A DNA stretch of 64,000 bases, taken from NCBI GenBank assembly GCA_016180085.1, contig JACPBX010000003.1:64001-128000 (forward strand), given 5' to 3'. The notes below the pieces were generated by a model. The model was not told the DNA's origin. It saw only the letters and a list, made by a program, of their open reading frames with translations, and did no database searches. The stretch comes from Candidatus Woesearchaeota archaeon. Its GTDB lineage: Archaea > Nanobdellota > Nanobdellia > Woesearchaeales > UBA10216. Made by a program: the position numbers and the translations under genes. Below, piece by piece: positions 17,932 through 26,772 of this stretch. Position 1 is the first letter of the stretch, and the number at the start of each line of letters is the position of its first letter.

Positions 17932-18822
17932 TTATTTCTTAATCATGTCCGCTATGAAGCCGAACGTTACAATCTGGACTCCCACGCTCATGAGCAGCAC
18001 GCTCAGTATCAAGCTCGGTATGTGGCCAACGATGCCTGTTGTGAAGTAGAAGTAGAGCAGCCTCAGCCCCAGGGCAAAGCCAGCAGCAAAGACCAGCCCT
18101 CCAATCATGCCAAAAAACCTTATTGGTTCATAATCGCGGTAGATGCGCAGGATGTTTATCCACGCCCTTGCAGCGTATTCGAACGGGTTTCGTATGAGCC
18201 TGCTTTTCCCTTTTCTCTCTGAAAAATAAACGGGCACCTCAGCAATCCTGAATTTGTTCTTTACTGCCTTGATTACCTGCTCCTGCGTGTAGGTGTGGTT
18301 TGAGATTATGTCTATCTTTTCGGCAACTTCCCTGGTGAATGCCCTGAACCCTGTCTGGGCGTCTGATATCCTTGCCTTGGCTATCTGGGAAACCACTTTT
18401 GAGAACGCCTTGTTCCCGAGCTTTTTTATGAGCGGCATCTTTTCTATTGTGCCCTTGAACCTTGAGCCAAGCACGAAGTCGTTCCCTTCCTCGATTTTCT
18501 TCAGAAGCAATGGTATTTCCTCTGCCTTGTACTGGCCGTCAGCGTCAATGTGCACAATGGCTTCTGCCTCGGGCTTTAGCTTCAGGAACTGCTGTATCTC
18601 TGTCCTGAATGTTTCAGCAAGGCCGTAGTTTTTCGGGTGGGAGTAAACAACAGCGCCCTCGCCTTTTGCAGCCTCGGCTGTTTTGTCTGTTGAGCCATCG
18701 TCCACAACCAGCACCCTGTAGACGTAGCTGCGGTGCTTTCCTAGGACTTCCTTTATGTTCCTTATTACATGGGCTATTGTTGCCTCTTCATTGTATGCTG
18801 GTATGCTGACAACTACGTTCAT
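17932..18822 (-). CDS. GT2 polyprenol-phosphate glycosyltransferase with two C-terminal TM helices
   Basis: IPAYNEE, VDDGSTD, IDADGQY, DAQTGFRAF, C-terminal hydrophobic hairpin. Start moved to ATG 18822. Confidence 0.9.
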   Translation of the reverse strand: MNVVVSIPAYNEEATIAHVIRNIKEVLGKHRSYVYRVLVVDDGSTDKTAEAAKGEGAVVYSHPKNYGLAETFRTEIQQFLKLKPEAEAIVHIDADGQYKAEEIPLLLKKIEEGNDFVLGSRFKGTIEKMPLIKKLGNKAFSKVVSQIAKARISDAQTGFRAFTREVAEKIDIISNHTYTQEQVIKAVKNKFRIAEVPVYFSERKGKSRLIRNPFEYAARAWINILRIYRDYEPIRFFGMIGGLVFAAGFALGLRLLYFYFTTGIVGHIPSLILSVLLMSVGVQIVTFGFIADMIKK

Positions 18823-18939
18823 TTGTTTTTTCCCCCTGCTTCCCCCTCGGTTTCCACTCCCGGCGGTCTTGATTTTGGCTTTAAATATGTTTCCATCCCT
18901 CAAAACTTTTTTATATGGGCTTTTTCCGTGTCTGCAATC

Positions 18940-19644
18940 ATGGTTTCGGTTTCGGTCATTGTCCCGCTTTATAACGAGGAGCGCCGTTCTACGGGCTTCC
19001 TTGCAAGCCTGCTGGCGTTTTGCAGGAAAGGGCTGAAGGATTATGAGATCATTCTTGTCAATGATGGCTCAGTGGACAATACGCTGGCTATTTTGAGCAA
19101 CTTGGCGAAGCTGGATAAGCGTGTCAGGGTCGTGAGCTATGTCCAGAACAGGGGCAAGGGCCATGCCGTGAGGGAGGGCGTTTTTGCCTCCAAAGGAGAA
19201 AAGGTTCTTTTCATTGATGCTGACGGCTCCATTGTGCCTGATGAAATCCCTGCGATGCTGAAGAACCTTGACGATTATGATGTTGTTGTCGGCACCAGGG
19301 CAAGCGCGCAGTCCAATGTTACCCAGCCTTTTCTGAGGAAGTTTATTGGCACCAGCTTCAACCGCTACGTCAACCTGCTTTACAGGATTAATGTCAGGGA
19401 CACACTGTGCGGCTTTAAGGGCTTCAGGAGGAATGCTGCTATGGCGTTGTTCAGGAACCTGATTTCTGAGCGCTGGGTGTTTGATGTTGAGCTTTTTTTC
19501 AGGATAAGGAAGATGAATCTGCGCCTCTGCCAGCAGCCAATTACCTGGGTGCACAAGGCCGGCAGCAGGTTCAAGGTTTACGACCCTGCCAAGATGGCCC
19601 TGGAGCTTCTCAAACTCAGGATTCAGCTCATGTTTTCTTCCTAG
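18940..19644 (+). CDS. GT2 dolichyl-phosphate glycosyltransferase (ALG5/DPM1-like)
   Basis: IVPLYNEE, VNDGSVD, NRGKGHAVREG, FIDADGS, DTLCGFKGF, WVFDVE. Start moved to ATG 18940 with a TTTTTTATAT box ~25 nt upstream. Confidence 0.9.
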   Translation: MVSVSVIVPLYNEERRSTGFLASLLAFCRKGLKDYEIILVNDGSVDNTLAILSNLAKLDKRVRVVSYVQNRGKGHAVREGVFASKGEKVLFIDADGSIVPDEIPAMLKNLDDYDVVVGTRASAQSNVTQPFLRKFIGTSFNRYVNLLYRINVRDTLCGFKGFRRNAAMALFRNLISERWVFDVELFFRIRKMNLRLCQQPITWVHKAGSRFKVYDPAKMALELLKLRIQLMFSS

Positions 19645-19664
19645 GCCGGCAGAGCATTCCTGAC

Positions 19665-19680
19665 CGCAACCTTTATAAAA
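19665..19680 (+). promoter_or_regulatory. Archaeal BRE/TATA promoter
   Basis: CGCAACCTTTATAAAA upstream of 19724. Confidence 0.55.
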
Positions 19681-19723
19681 TTCCGCAAGGTAGCTTTTTT
19701 TATGAATTGCGTGGCTGGTTTTT

Positions 19724-20377
19724 ATGGCTGAGATTGACCTTCTTGACCGCTATCCGAGGACTAAGCGCAATCCTGACGAGAGGGCAGCCTCCCTCACTGA
19801 TGAGGACAGGAGGGTTGCGAAGCAGTTCGGCAGCGAGTATTTTGACGGGCCCAGGAACAGGGGCTATGGCGGCTACAGGTACGATGGGAGGTGGGTTCCT
19901 GTTGTCAAGCGCTTTGCGGAGCACTACAACCTGACCGGCAGCAGCAGGGTGCTTGATGTTGGCTGTGCCAAGGGATTCATGCTTCACGACTTCAGGCAGG
20001 TTATTCCTGGCATCACGGTTGCAGGCATTGACATTTCGCAATACGCCATTGACAATTCCATGGAGGACGTCAGGCCTTTCCTAAAGGTTGGAAATGCAAA
20101 AGACCTCTCAATGTTTGGCGACAAGTCGTTTGACCTTGTCATCTCAATTAACACAATCCACAACCTGAAGCTTGAGGAGTGCAAGAAGGCTTTGAAAGAG
20201 ATTCAGCGTGTTGGAAAGCGTGCCTTCATTACCATGGATGCCTGGCGCACTCCCGAAGAGGAAGTCAGGATGAAGAAGTGGAACATTACAGCAGAGACTT
20301 TCATGCACGTTGACGACTGGAAGAGGCTTTTCAATGAAGTCGGGTATACTGGCGACTACTACTGGTTTATTCCTTAG
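19724..20377 (+). CDS. Class I SAM-dependent methyltransferase
   Basis: VLDVGCAKG motif I, AGIDIS, FDLVISINTIHNL. Confidence 0.9.
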   Translation: MAEIDLLDRYPRTKRNPDERAASLTDEDRRVAKQFGSEYFDGPRNRGYGGYRYDGRWVPVVKRFAEHYNLTGSSRVLDVGCAKGFMLHDFRQVIPGITVAGIDISQYAIDNSMEDVRPFLKVGNAKDLSMFGDKSFDLVISINTIHNLKLEECKKALKEIQRVGKRAFITMDAWRTPEEEVRMKKWNITAETFMHVDDWKRLFNEVGYTGDYYWFIP

Positions 20378-21430
20378 ATGAGGTTAAGCAAGAAAATGAG
20401 AATCAGGGCAGCAGTTCTTTACGGGCAGCACAAGCCTATGGTGGTAGAGGAGCTTGAAACTCCGGAGCTTGGCAGGGGCCAGGTTCTGGTGAAGGTCCTT
20501 TACAGCGGAATCTGCCAGACCCAGCTTAACGAGCTTAAGGGCGTCAAGGGCCCTGACAGCTTCCTGCCCCACCTGCTTGGCCATGAGGCATCTGGCATCG
20601 TTCAGGACATTGGCGGGGGCGTTACCAAGGTTAAGCCTGGTGATTATGTGGTGCTTTCATGGATGAAAGGGTCAGGGCTTGAAGTTCCTTCTTCGCAATA
20701 CTCGCTTGGCGGGAAAAAGATAAATGCCGGAGCAGTCACGACTTTTCAAACGCATTCTGTTGTTTCAGAAAACCGCATCACAAAAATTCCTGAAAAAGTG
20801 CCTGCCGACGTTGCCGCCCTTCTGGGCTGTGCAGTTCCTACAGGTGCGGGGATGGTCAGGAACACTCTTAAGGCCCAGCCCGGCAGCACTCTTGCGGTCT
20901 TTGGCTTGGGAGGAGTGGGCCTCAGTGCAGTGCTTTATGCCGCTTCGGTTGGCTGCGGAAAGATTATTGGCATTGACATCAGGAAGCAAAAGCTCGGCCT
21001 GGCGATGAAGCTGGGCGCAACCCACGCAATAGACGGCTCCGAAGGCAATGTGCTTGAGAAGATTCGGGAACTCACGCAGGGGCAGGGCGTTGATTTTGCA
21101 ATAGAGTCCTCAGGCGTAAGGGAGGTCATGGAGCTTTCATTTGAGGCCATAAGGAATGGTGGCACTGCGGTCCTTGCAGGCAACATCAGGAAGGGAGAGA
21201 AAGTGGGCATTGACCCTTACGGCCTGATTTTTGGGAAGAAAATACTTGGGACGCATGGAGGAGAAACCCATACTGACGAGGACATCCCGTTCTATGCCGG
21301 GCAGTACCTTGCCGGGAAGCTTAAGCTCGAAAAGCTCATCACCCACGTTTTCACCCTTGACAAGGTCAATGACGCCTTTGCAGAGCTTGGCAAGGGAAAC
21401 GTCGGCAGGGCTTTGCTAAGGCTGCACTGA
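20378..21430 (+). CDS. Zinc-dependent medium-chain alcohol dehydrogenase (MDR)
   Basis: SGICQT, LLGHEASG, ALLGCAVPTGAG, VFGLGGVGL. The structural Zn Cys cluster appears to be absent. Confidence 0.9.
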   Translation: MRLSKKMRIRAAVLYGQHKPMVVEELETPELGRGQVLVKVLYSGICQTQLNELKGVKGPDSFLPHLLGHEASGIVQDIGGGVTKVKPGDYVVLSWMKGSGLEVPSSQYSLGGKKINAGAVTTFQTHSVVSENRITKIPEKVPADVAALLGCAVPTGAGMVRNTLKAQPGSTLAVFGLGGVGLSAVLYAASVGCGKIIGIDIRKQKLGLAMKLGATHAIDGSEGNVLEKIRELTQGQGVDFAIESSGVREVMELSFEAIRNGGTAVLAGNIRKGEKVGIDPYGLIFGKKILGTHGGETHTDEDIPFYAGQYLAGKLKLEKLITHVFTLDKVNDAFAELGKGNVGRALLRLH

Positions 21431-22069
21431 GAAGTCGCTGATGCTTATGCCTGTGAAGCTGTCAACGGTTTTGTCTGCGATTGAAATGTTCTGGTCTTTT
21501 GTGTGCTCTGTGAGCAGGGCTATGCACATCATGCCTGCATTTTTTGCTGCCAGGATGCCTGATTCAGAGTCTTCTATGACAGCGCACTCGCCCGGCTTCA
21601 GCCTGAGCCTTCCCGCAGTCTCGAGGTAAATGTCCGGCGCAGGCTTGGTTTTTGCCACGTCTGAGCCCGTGACCACTATTGCGAATGTTTTTTCCAGCTT
21701 TAGGAAGCTCAGGACATTCTGGACCTTTGTTTTTGAGCTGCTTGATGCAAGTGCAATCGCGTAATTGCTTGCCTTGAGTTTTGCCACGAGCTCGTGGAAG
21801 CCGGGATTTGGCTGAAGGTTGAGCTCCGCCATGGCGCTTTTCAGGTGCTCTTCGCGCTTTGCCACGAGTTCTTCAAGATTTGCTGTAATCCCGTGCTGCT
21901 TCAGGATTTCGTCGTAAATCTGCTTTCCGGGCTTGCCCGTGTGCCTCAGGTATTCCTCTTTGCCGATGTTCAGCCCAACGCTGCCCAGCACCTTTGAGTC
22001 GGCAACGAAGTTGAGCTGTGCAGTGTCTACAACCACTCCGTCCATGTCAAAGATTACAGCTTTTATCAT
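21416..22069 (-). CDS. HAD-superfamily phosphatase (beta-phosphoglucomutase-like)
   Basis: IFDMDGVVVD, ALASSS, KPAPDIY, IEDSESG. Confidence 0.92.
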   Translation of the reverse strand: MIKAVIFDMDGVVVDTAQLNFVADSKVLGSVGLNIGKEEYLRHTGKPGKQIYDEILKQHGITANLEELVAKREEHLKSAMAELNLQPNPGFHELVAKLKASNYAIALASSSSKTKVQNVLSFLKLEKTFAIVVTGSDVAKTKPAPDIYLETAGRLRLKPGECAVIEDSESGILAAKNAGMMCIALLTEHTKDQNISIADKTVDSFTGISISDFSVQP

Positions 22070-22125
22070 GTTAATCCCCTCTTTCCTTTCCTCTCAGGTT
22101 TCTGCGGCAATAAAGGGCAATATAT

Positions 22126-22259
22126 AGAGGACTTTGAATAACCGCTCATATTTAATTTTTGTTTAAAGTCCTCTCAGCGTATCGCTGAGGGATGTCAGCT
22201 CTAAGCTGACATTCTCTTAGACAACTTTGCTATACGACGGGGTTAATCAAAGTTGTCTA
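22126..22259 (+). other. Intergenic chain of four inverted repeats (structured RNA or ssDNA element)
   Basis: AGAGGACTTT/AAAGTCCTCT (22126-35/22165-74), CTCAGCG-TAT-CGCTGAG (22173-89), ATGTCAGCT-CTA-AGCTGACAT (22192-212), TAGACAACTTTG/CAAAGTTGTCTA (22218-29/22248-59). Confidence 0.7.
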
Positions 22260-22305
22260 TAAATCTTATTTTGCATGCTTGCAACCTGTTTCACTCCCTA
22301 ACTAT

Positions 22306-22320
22306 CGAAAACTTTAAGTA
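22306..22320 (+). promoter_or_regulatory. Archaeal BRE/TATA promoter
   Basis: CGAAAACTTTAAGTA about 30 nt upstream of ATG 22351. Confidence 0.55.
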
Positions 22321-22350
22321 AGGCTGCTCTGGATGCTTTTGCTATTCACT

Positions 22351-23454
22351 ATGGCAAACATGAAAAAACTCTTTATTCCCGGGCCGGTTCAGGTGGACAG
22401 GCGGGTTCTCGAGGAAATGGCCCGCCCTATGATGCATCACCGTTCTGCTGAATGCGTTGCTCTAATCAGGGAAATAAACGGGCTGCTGTCAGAGCTCCTT
22501 GGGACAAAGGACAGCATATTTCTCCTCACAAGCTCTGCTACCGGCGCCATGGAGGCCTGCATAAGGAGCTGCGTCATAAGCAGGGTGCTGTGCATTGCCA
22601 ACGGCGAGTTCGGAAGGCGATGGCATTCTGTGGCAGTTTCAAACGGTAAGGATGCCAGGCTGCTGGACTTTGGCGATGGCGCGCTGGTTGACTACGGCGC
22701 TGTGGCTGATGAGCTGAGGAAAGGCGATTTTGATGCTGTGACCTTCATAATTAATGAGACGTCAACAGGCATGGAGAACGACTCAAAGGCGCTGAAAGCA
22801 GCTGTCCAGGCTGCTTCAGGGGATGCCGCAAAGGACATTATAATATTGGCAGATGGAGTTTCTGCTGTCTTTGGGACAAAGGTTGACATGGCTGACTATG
22901 ATGCGCTGCTTTTTGCAACGCAGAAATCCCTTGCGCTGCCTCCGGGCATGTCCATAATAATTGCGAACAGCCGGGCAATTGGCCGTGCCAAGCTGGTCAA
23001 GGGCAGGGGCTACTACTTCGACTTCCTTCTCCTCAAGAAGAGGAGCGATGAGAACATGACAACAACAACGCCTGCCCTGCCGATTCTTTATGCCCTGAGG
23101 TACAGGCTGCAGGAGATTGGGAAGCAGGGGATTGGCAGCTACATTAACAGGCATAAAGCCATGGCCGAGCTTGTCCGCAGCAGAATCAGGGGCATGGGCT
23201 TCAGGCTTTTCGTGCCAAGCAGCTACTCAAATACTGTTACTGTCATTTCAAATAACCTTGGCGTTGATACTGAAGGGCTGATAAGGCTTCTTTCTGAAAA
23301 GGGCTATGTCATTGAAAACGGCTACGGCCCATTGAAGAACAAGACTTTCAGGATAAGCCACATGGGCGATATAACCCCTGCTGATACAGGGGAGCTGCTT
23401 GCCGAGATGGAGAAAATCGTGAAATCGCAGCTGTCAGCCAGCAGCTTGCCGTGA
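22351..23454 (+). CDS. Class V PLP-dependent aminotransferase (serine-pyruvate/aspartate/phosphoserine aminotransferase-like)
   Basis: FIPGPVQV, SSATGAME, NETSTG, DGVS, TQKSLALPPG (PLP Lys), FRISHMG. The start could be 22333, 22351 or 22360. Confidence 0.9.
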   Translation: MANMKKLFIPGPVQVDRRVLEEMARPMMHHRSAECVALIREINGLLSELLGTKDSIFLLTSSATGAMEACIRSCVISRVLCIANGEFGRRWHSVAVSNGKDARLLDFGDGALVDYGAVADELRKGDFDAVTFIINETSTGMENDSKALKAAVQAASGDAAKDIIILADGVSAVFGTKVDMADYDALLFATQKSLALPPGMSIIIANSRAIGRAKLVKGRGYYFDFLLLKKRSDENMTTTTPALPILYALRYRLQEIGKQGIGSYINRHKAMAELVRSRIRGMGFRLFVPSSYSNTVTVISNNLGVDTEGLIRLLSEKGYVIENGYGPLKNKTFRISHMGDITPADTGELLAEMEKIVKSQLSASSLP

Positions 23455-24542
23455 ACGGGAATGATGGAAAAGTGGGAAAGGCCAGGGTTTTTGCACCGGC
23501 AACAACAGCCAATGTCGGCCCGGGCTTTGACATCTTTGGCGTTGCACTTGATGGCGTAGGCGATATTGTCGAAGCTGACTTGTCTGATTCTTTCAGTGGT
23601 GTAAGGCTGGCGGAGGTTGCTGTCGGTTCAGACAGCGAAAGCTTAAAGGACCTTCCAATGGATGAGGCAAATCTCGTTTTTCCCGTTGCAAAGGCAGTGT
23701 ATGATGCGGCTTGCAAAGCTGGCCGCAAAGACACCGGCGTTGAGGTAAGGCTGATTAAGAGGATGGGAATAGGCACAGGGCTCGGCAGCAGCGGCTCAAG
23801 CTCTGTTGCTGCTGCCGTTGCAGTTAATGAGGCTTTGGGCGGGGTTTTTGCCCGTGACAGCCCCGAGATGCTTGCTGCTGTCCTGGAAGGCGAATTTGTT
23901 GCCTGCGGCTCCAGGCACGCTGATAATGTTTTCCCTGGCCTTCTTGGCGGCTTTGTCTTCATCGAGGACCCAGCCTCATTCAGGTTCAGGAAGTTTGACG
24001 TTGGCAGAGACGTGTTTTTTGTAGTTGTTACGCCTGAAATTGTCGTCAGCACAAAGGAAGCAAGGGATGCATTAAGGGCTTCGCCATACAACATCGGTGA
24101 GCTTGTAAGCCTTTCCAGCTCAGTGGTTAGGCAATACCTTGACTCGGGCAGCCGCAGCTCAGGCAGTATTCCTGCTTCAGTTGTTGGCACTGGCTCGGCT
24201 GATGTTGTTTCAGCTTACCTGGAGGGAACGGTTGAGGTTCTAACAGGCCTGATTGGCAATGATGCTGAGCTGCTTGGCAGGGGCACGCTGAAAGATGGCA
24301 TTGTTACCCCAATAAGGGCAGGGCTTATTCCGGGCTATTACGATGTCAAGAAGGCCGCCCTTGAGGCTGGCGCAAAGGGGTTTTCAATTTCTGGCTCAGG
24401 CCCTTCTGTTTTTGCAGTGGCTTATGAGGAAGATGCTGAGGCTGTAAAGAAAGCCATGATTGGCAGGTTTGAGGGCCTGGGCAAAAGGGCGAGCGGCATC
24501 ATCTCAGCCGTAAACAACAAAGGCGCCTGCCCGGTTGAGTGA
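23451..24542 (+). CDS. thrB: Homoserine kinase-like GHMP kinase with an internal insertion
   Basis: APATTANVGPGFD, GTGLGSSGSS, HADNV, ISGSGPSVFA. There is an extra Ser/Gly-rich stretch of roughly 35 aa relative to typical ThrB. Confidence 0.75.
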   Translation: MNGNDGKVGKARVFAPATTANVGPGFDIFGVALDGVGDIVEADLSDSFSGVRLAEVAVGSDSESLKDLPMDEANLVFPVAKAVYDAACKAGRKDTGVEVRLIKRMGIGTGLGSSGSSSVAAAVAVNEALGGVFARDSPEMLAAVLEGEFVACGSRHADNVFPGLLGGFVFIEDPASFRFRKFDVGRDVFFVVVTPEIVVSTKEARDALRASPYNIGELVSLSSSVVRQYLDSGSRSSGSIPASVVGTGSADVVSAYLEGTVEVLTGLIGNDAELLGRGTLKDGIVTPIRAGLIPGYYDVKKAALEAGAKGFSISGSGPSVFAVAYEEDAEAVKKAMIGRFEGLGKRASGIISAVNNKGACPVE

Positions 24543-24608
24543 TTTTATTTTGGAGAAATTATTTAAAGGAGCGTTTCAGGCAGCCTTTCCTTGTTGGAAG
24601 TGGAATGC

Positions 24609-25838
24609 ATGATTGATGTTGGCAGGTTCAGGAACATACAATATGGGAAAAGGACAAGGTGCATGGCTTGCGGGGCAGCTGTTGGCAAGCCGCTGATAAG
24701 CCTGCCTGATTTTCCTTTGAGCGAGATTTACACGGACCGCCCTGTTAAGGAGAAAGCAGGATTTGTTGACCAGGAGTTCTGCCTTTGCAAAAGCTGCGGC
24801 CATGGCCAGCTGCTTAACATAATCCCGCCGGAGCTCCTTTACTTTGGCAGCAGCTACTTTTTCAGGACTTCGCAGAGCAGGACTGCTGTGCCAGCTGTTG
24901 ACTTCTTTCTCGACTTTGTCGAGGGCGTTCTTAAAAGCAGGGCTTACGATACCATTGCTGACATTGGCTGCAACGACTTGTACATGCTGAAGAAGCTTGA
25001 CGCTAAGGCAAAAAGGCTTTTGGGGATTGACCCTGTCCTCGCAGGAAGGGAGAAGGAGCTTTCTGAGGGGAAGACCGTTGTCATTGGGGACTTGTTTGAG
25101 AATGCTGTTGCCAATCACAACGTATCTTTCGATAAGGACCTTGTGCTTAGCAGCCACACCCTGGAGCACGTGAAGGACCCTAAGTGGCTTGTCAAGACTG
25201 TGCTTGACAGTTCAACAGATAACACGCTGTTCGGTTTCCAGTTCCCGGGTTTCGAGAGCCTGGTGAGGGATGCAAGGTTTGATCAGGTGTTCCACCAGCA
25301 CTATAACTATTTCACTTTGAAGTCAGTCGTCCGCATGCTTACGGACCTGGGCGCAGAGCTTGTTGCTTACAAGGTGAACCCTTACCACTGGGGTGCGCTG
25401 ATGATAGTGTTCAGGAAAAACCCCTCAGGCTCAACAGCCTGGCACAAGAGGTTTGAGCATGATGCTGTGCAGCTCACTGATGAGGCAGTCCTCTCGCAGT
25501 ACCGGGTTTTTCAGGATGCCATGAAGCTGGCAGGTGAGCGCCTTTCAGCGTGGAAGGGCAGCACGGTTTACGGCTACGGCGCAGCAAACATGCTTCCCGT
25601 CCTGAGCTACCACATGAAGAACGACCTTTCCTGCCTTCAGGCTGTATTGGATGATGATGAGCGCAAGCAGGGCATGCACTACATCAACCTTCCTGTTGCC
25701 ATAAAGTCCCCTTCTGTTGTTAAGGACTTCAAGGATGTTGTGCTGTTCCTTACAGCCATTGACAATTCCAGGATACTTGTGCCAAAGCTTATCTCGCTCG
25801 CACCAAAGAAAATTATCCTTCCCCTTAACATTGTGTAG
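24609..25838 (+). CDS. NDP-hexose C-methyltransferase-like SAM methyltransferase (N-terminal Zn site)
   Basis: CMACG...CKSCG, DIGCNDL, HTLEH, FDQVFHQHYNYF, YGYGAA, C-terminal Rossmann-like domain. Start moved to ATG 24609. Confidence 0.8.
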   Translation: MIDVGRFRNIQYGKRTRCMACGAAVGKPLISLPDFPLSEIYTDRPVKEKAGFVDQEFCLCKSCGHGQLLNIIPPELLYFGSSYFFRTSQSRTAVPAVDFFLDFVEGVLKSRAYDTIADIGCNDLYMLKKLDAKAKRLLGIDPVLAGREKELSEGKTVVIGDLFENAVANHNVSFDKDLVLSSHTLEHVKDPKWLVKTVLDSSTDNTLFGFQFPGFESLVRDARFDQVFHQHYNYFTLKSVVRMLTDLGAELVAYKVNPYHWGALMIVFRKNPSGSTAWHKRFEHDAVQLTDEAVLSQYRVFQDAMKLAGERLSAWKGSTVYGYGAANMLPVLSYHMKNDLSCLQAVLDDDERKQGMHYINLPVAIKSPSVVKDFKDVVLFLTAIDNSRILVPKLISLAPKKIILPLNIV

Positions 25839-25985
25839 CCATTATGCAGCGCTATGTGATTCTCCTCCATAAAATTTCGGGCTATGACGGTAAGAGGGGG
25901 TAAAATTTATATACTCTCACGGATTCGGGACAGCTTCCGGAAAACAGCTGCGTGTTTGCAGCAGTCTTGAAGGGGGTTGTTTTTT

Positions 25986-26771
25986 ATGGATTTTGGTCTG
26001 ACTGGCAAGAAAGCCTTGGTTACTGCAGCGAGCCGCGGCATTGGCGCGTCCATTGCAATAAACCTGGCAAAGGAAGGCGCGCTGGTTGCTATTACAGCGA
26101 GGAGCGAGCCTGACCTTAAGGAAGTCATTGCAAAGATGGGCGGCGAAGGTAAAGGCCATTACATGGTTGTTGCTGACCTGACTGCCGAGGACGGCCCGAA
26201 GAAAGTTTTTGACAAGGTTCTGAAGGATTTTGGCTCCCCTGACATTCTTGTCAACAACCTTGGCGATACGCTTGAGCTCCGAGACCCTTTTATCCCAATC
26301 AGTGACTGGAGAAAAATCATAAGGCTCAACCTTGAGGTCGCCATTGAGCTGAACAATCTTGTTATTCCGCATATGGAGCAGAGGAAATGGGGCAGGATAG
26401 TTAATGTTTTGTCAACAGCATCTTACGAGAACAACGGGCCTGTCCCTTACTGCACTGCCAAGGCTGCCTTCTCGGCTTATACGAGAAGCATGGCCAGGGT
26501 TTTGGCAAAGACAGGCATTGTTATGTCCGGCATTGTGCCTGGCGCTATTTTCACAGAGGGCGGTGCCTGGGACATTGCCATGAAGACAAGGCCTGAGCAC
26601 ATCCGCAAATACCTGGAGGAAAGGCTCCCCCTGGGCAGGTTTGGCGAGCCTGATGACATAGGTACCATGGCTGTTGTGCTGTGCTCAGAGCAGGCAAAGT
26701 TCTGCCAGGGCTCCATTTTCCCTGTTGATGGCGGCCAGAGCAGGCACTATTTTCGGGCTGCCACTGATTAA
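25986..26771 (+). CDS. SDR family oxidoreductase
   Basis: VTAASRGIG, DILVNNLG, YCTAK, PLGRFGEPDDIG, FPVDGG. Confidence 0.92.
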   Translation: MDFGLTGKKALVTAASRGIGASIAINLAKEGALVAITARSEPDLKEVIAKMGGEGKGHYMVVADLTAEDGPKKVFDKVLKDFGSPDILVNNLGDTLELRDPFIPISDWRKIIRLNLEVAIELNNLVIPHMEQRKWGRIVNVLSTASYENNGPVPYCTAKAAFSAYTRSMARVLAKTGIVMSGIVPGAIFTEGGAWDIAMKTRPEHIRKYLEERLPLGRFGEPDDIGTMAVVLCSEQAKFCQGSIFPVDGGQSRHYFRAATD

Positions 26772-26772
26772 A

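Noticed and set aside
16954-18222. 422-aa plus-strand ORF, and similar long antisense ORFs at 13437-14291, 23348-24190 and 58568-59299
   Set aside because: These are shadow frames opposite well-supported genes, with no family motifs.
25934-25945. TTCCGGAA palindrome shared with the 11845 site as a common operator
   Set aside because: The same 8-mer also occurs inside coding regions (near 48833 and 51964), so it is not discriminating.
26674-26772. Long N-terminal extensions in the ORF track (also 7093-7128, 17148-17249, 18769-18939, 48596-48715, 51957-52115)
   Set aside because: They overlap neighbouring genes or promoters; the family-typical start lies at a downstream ATG.
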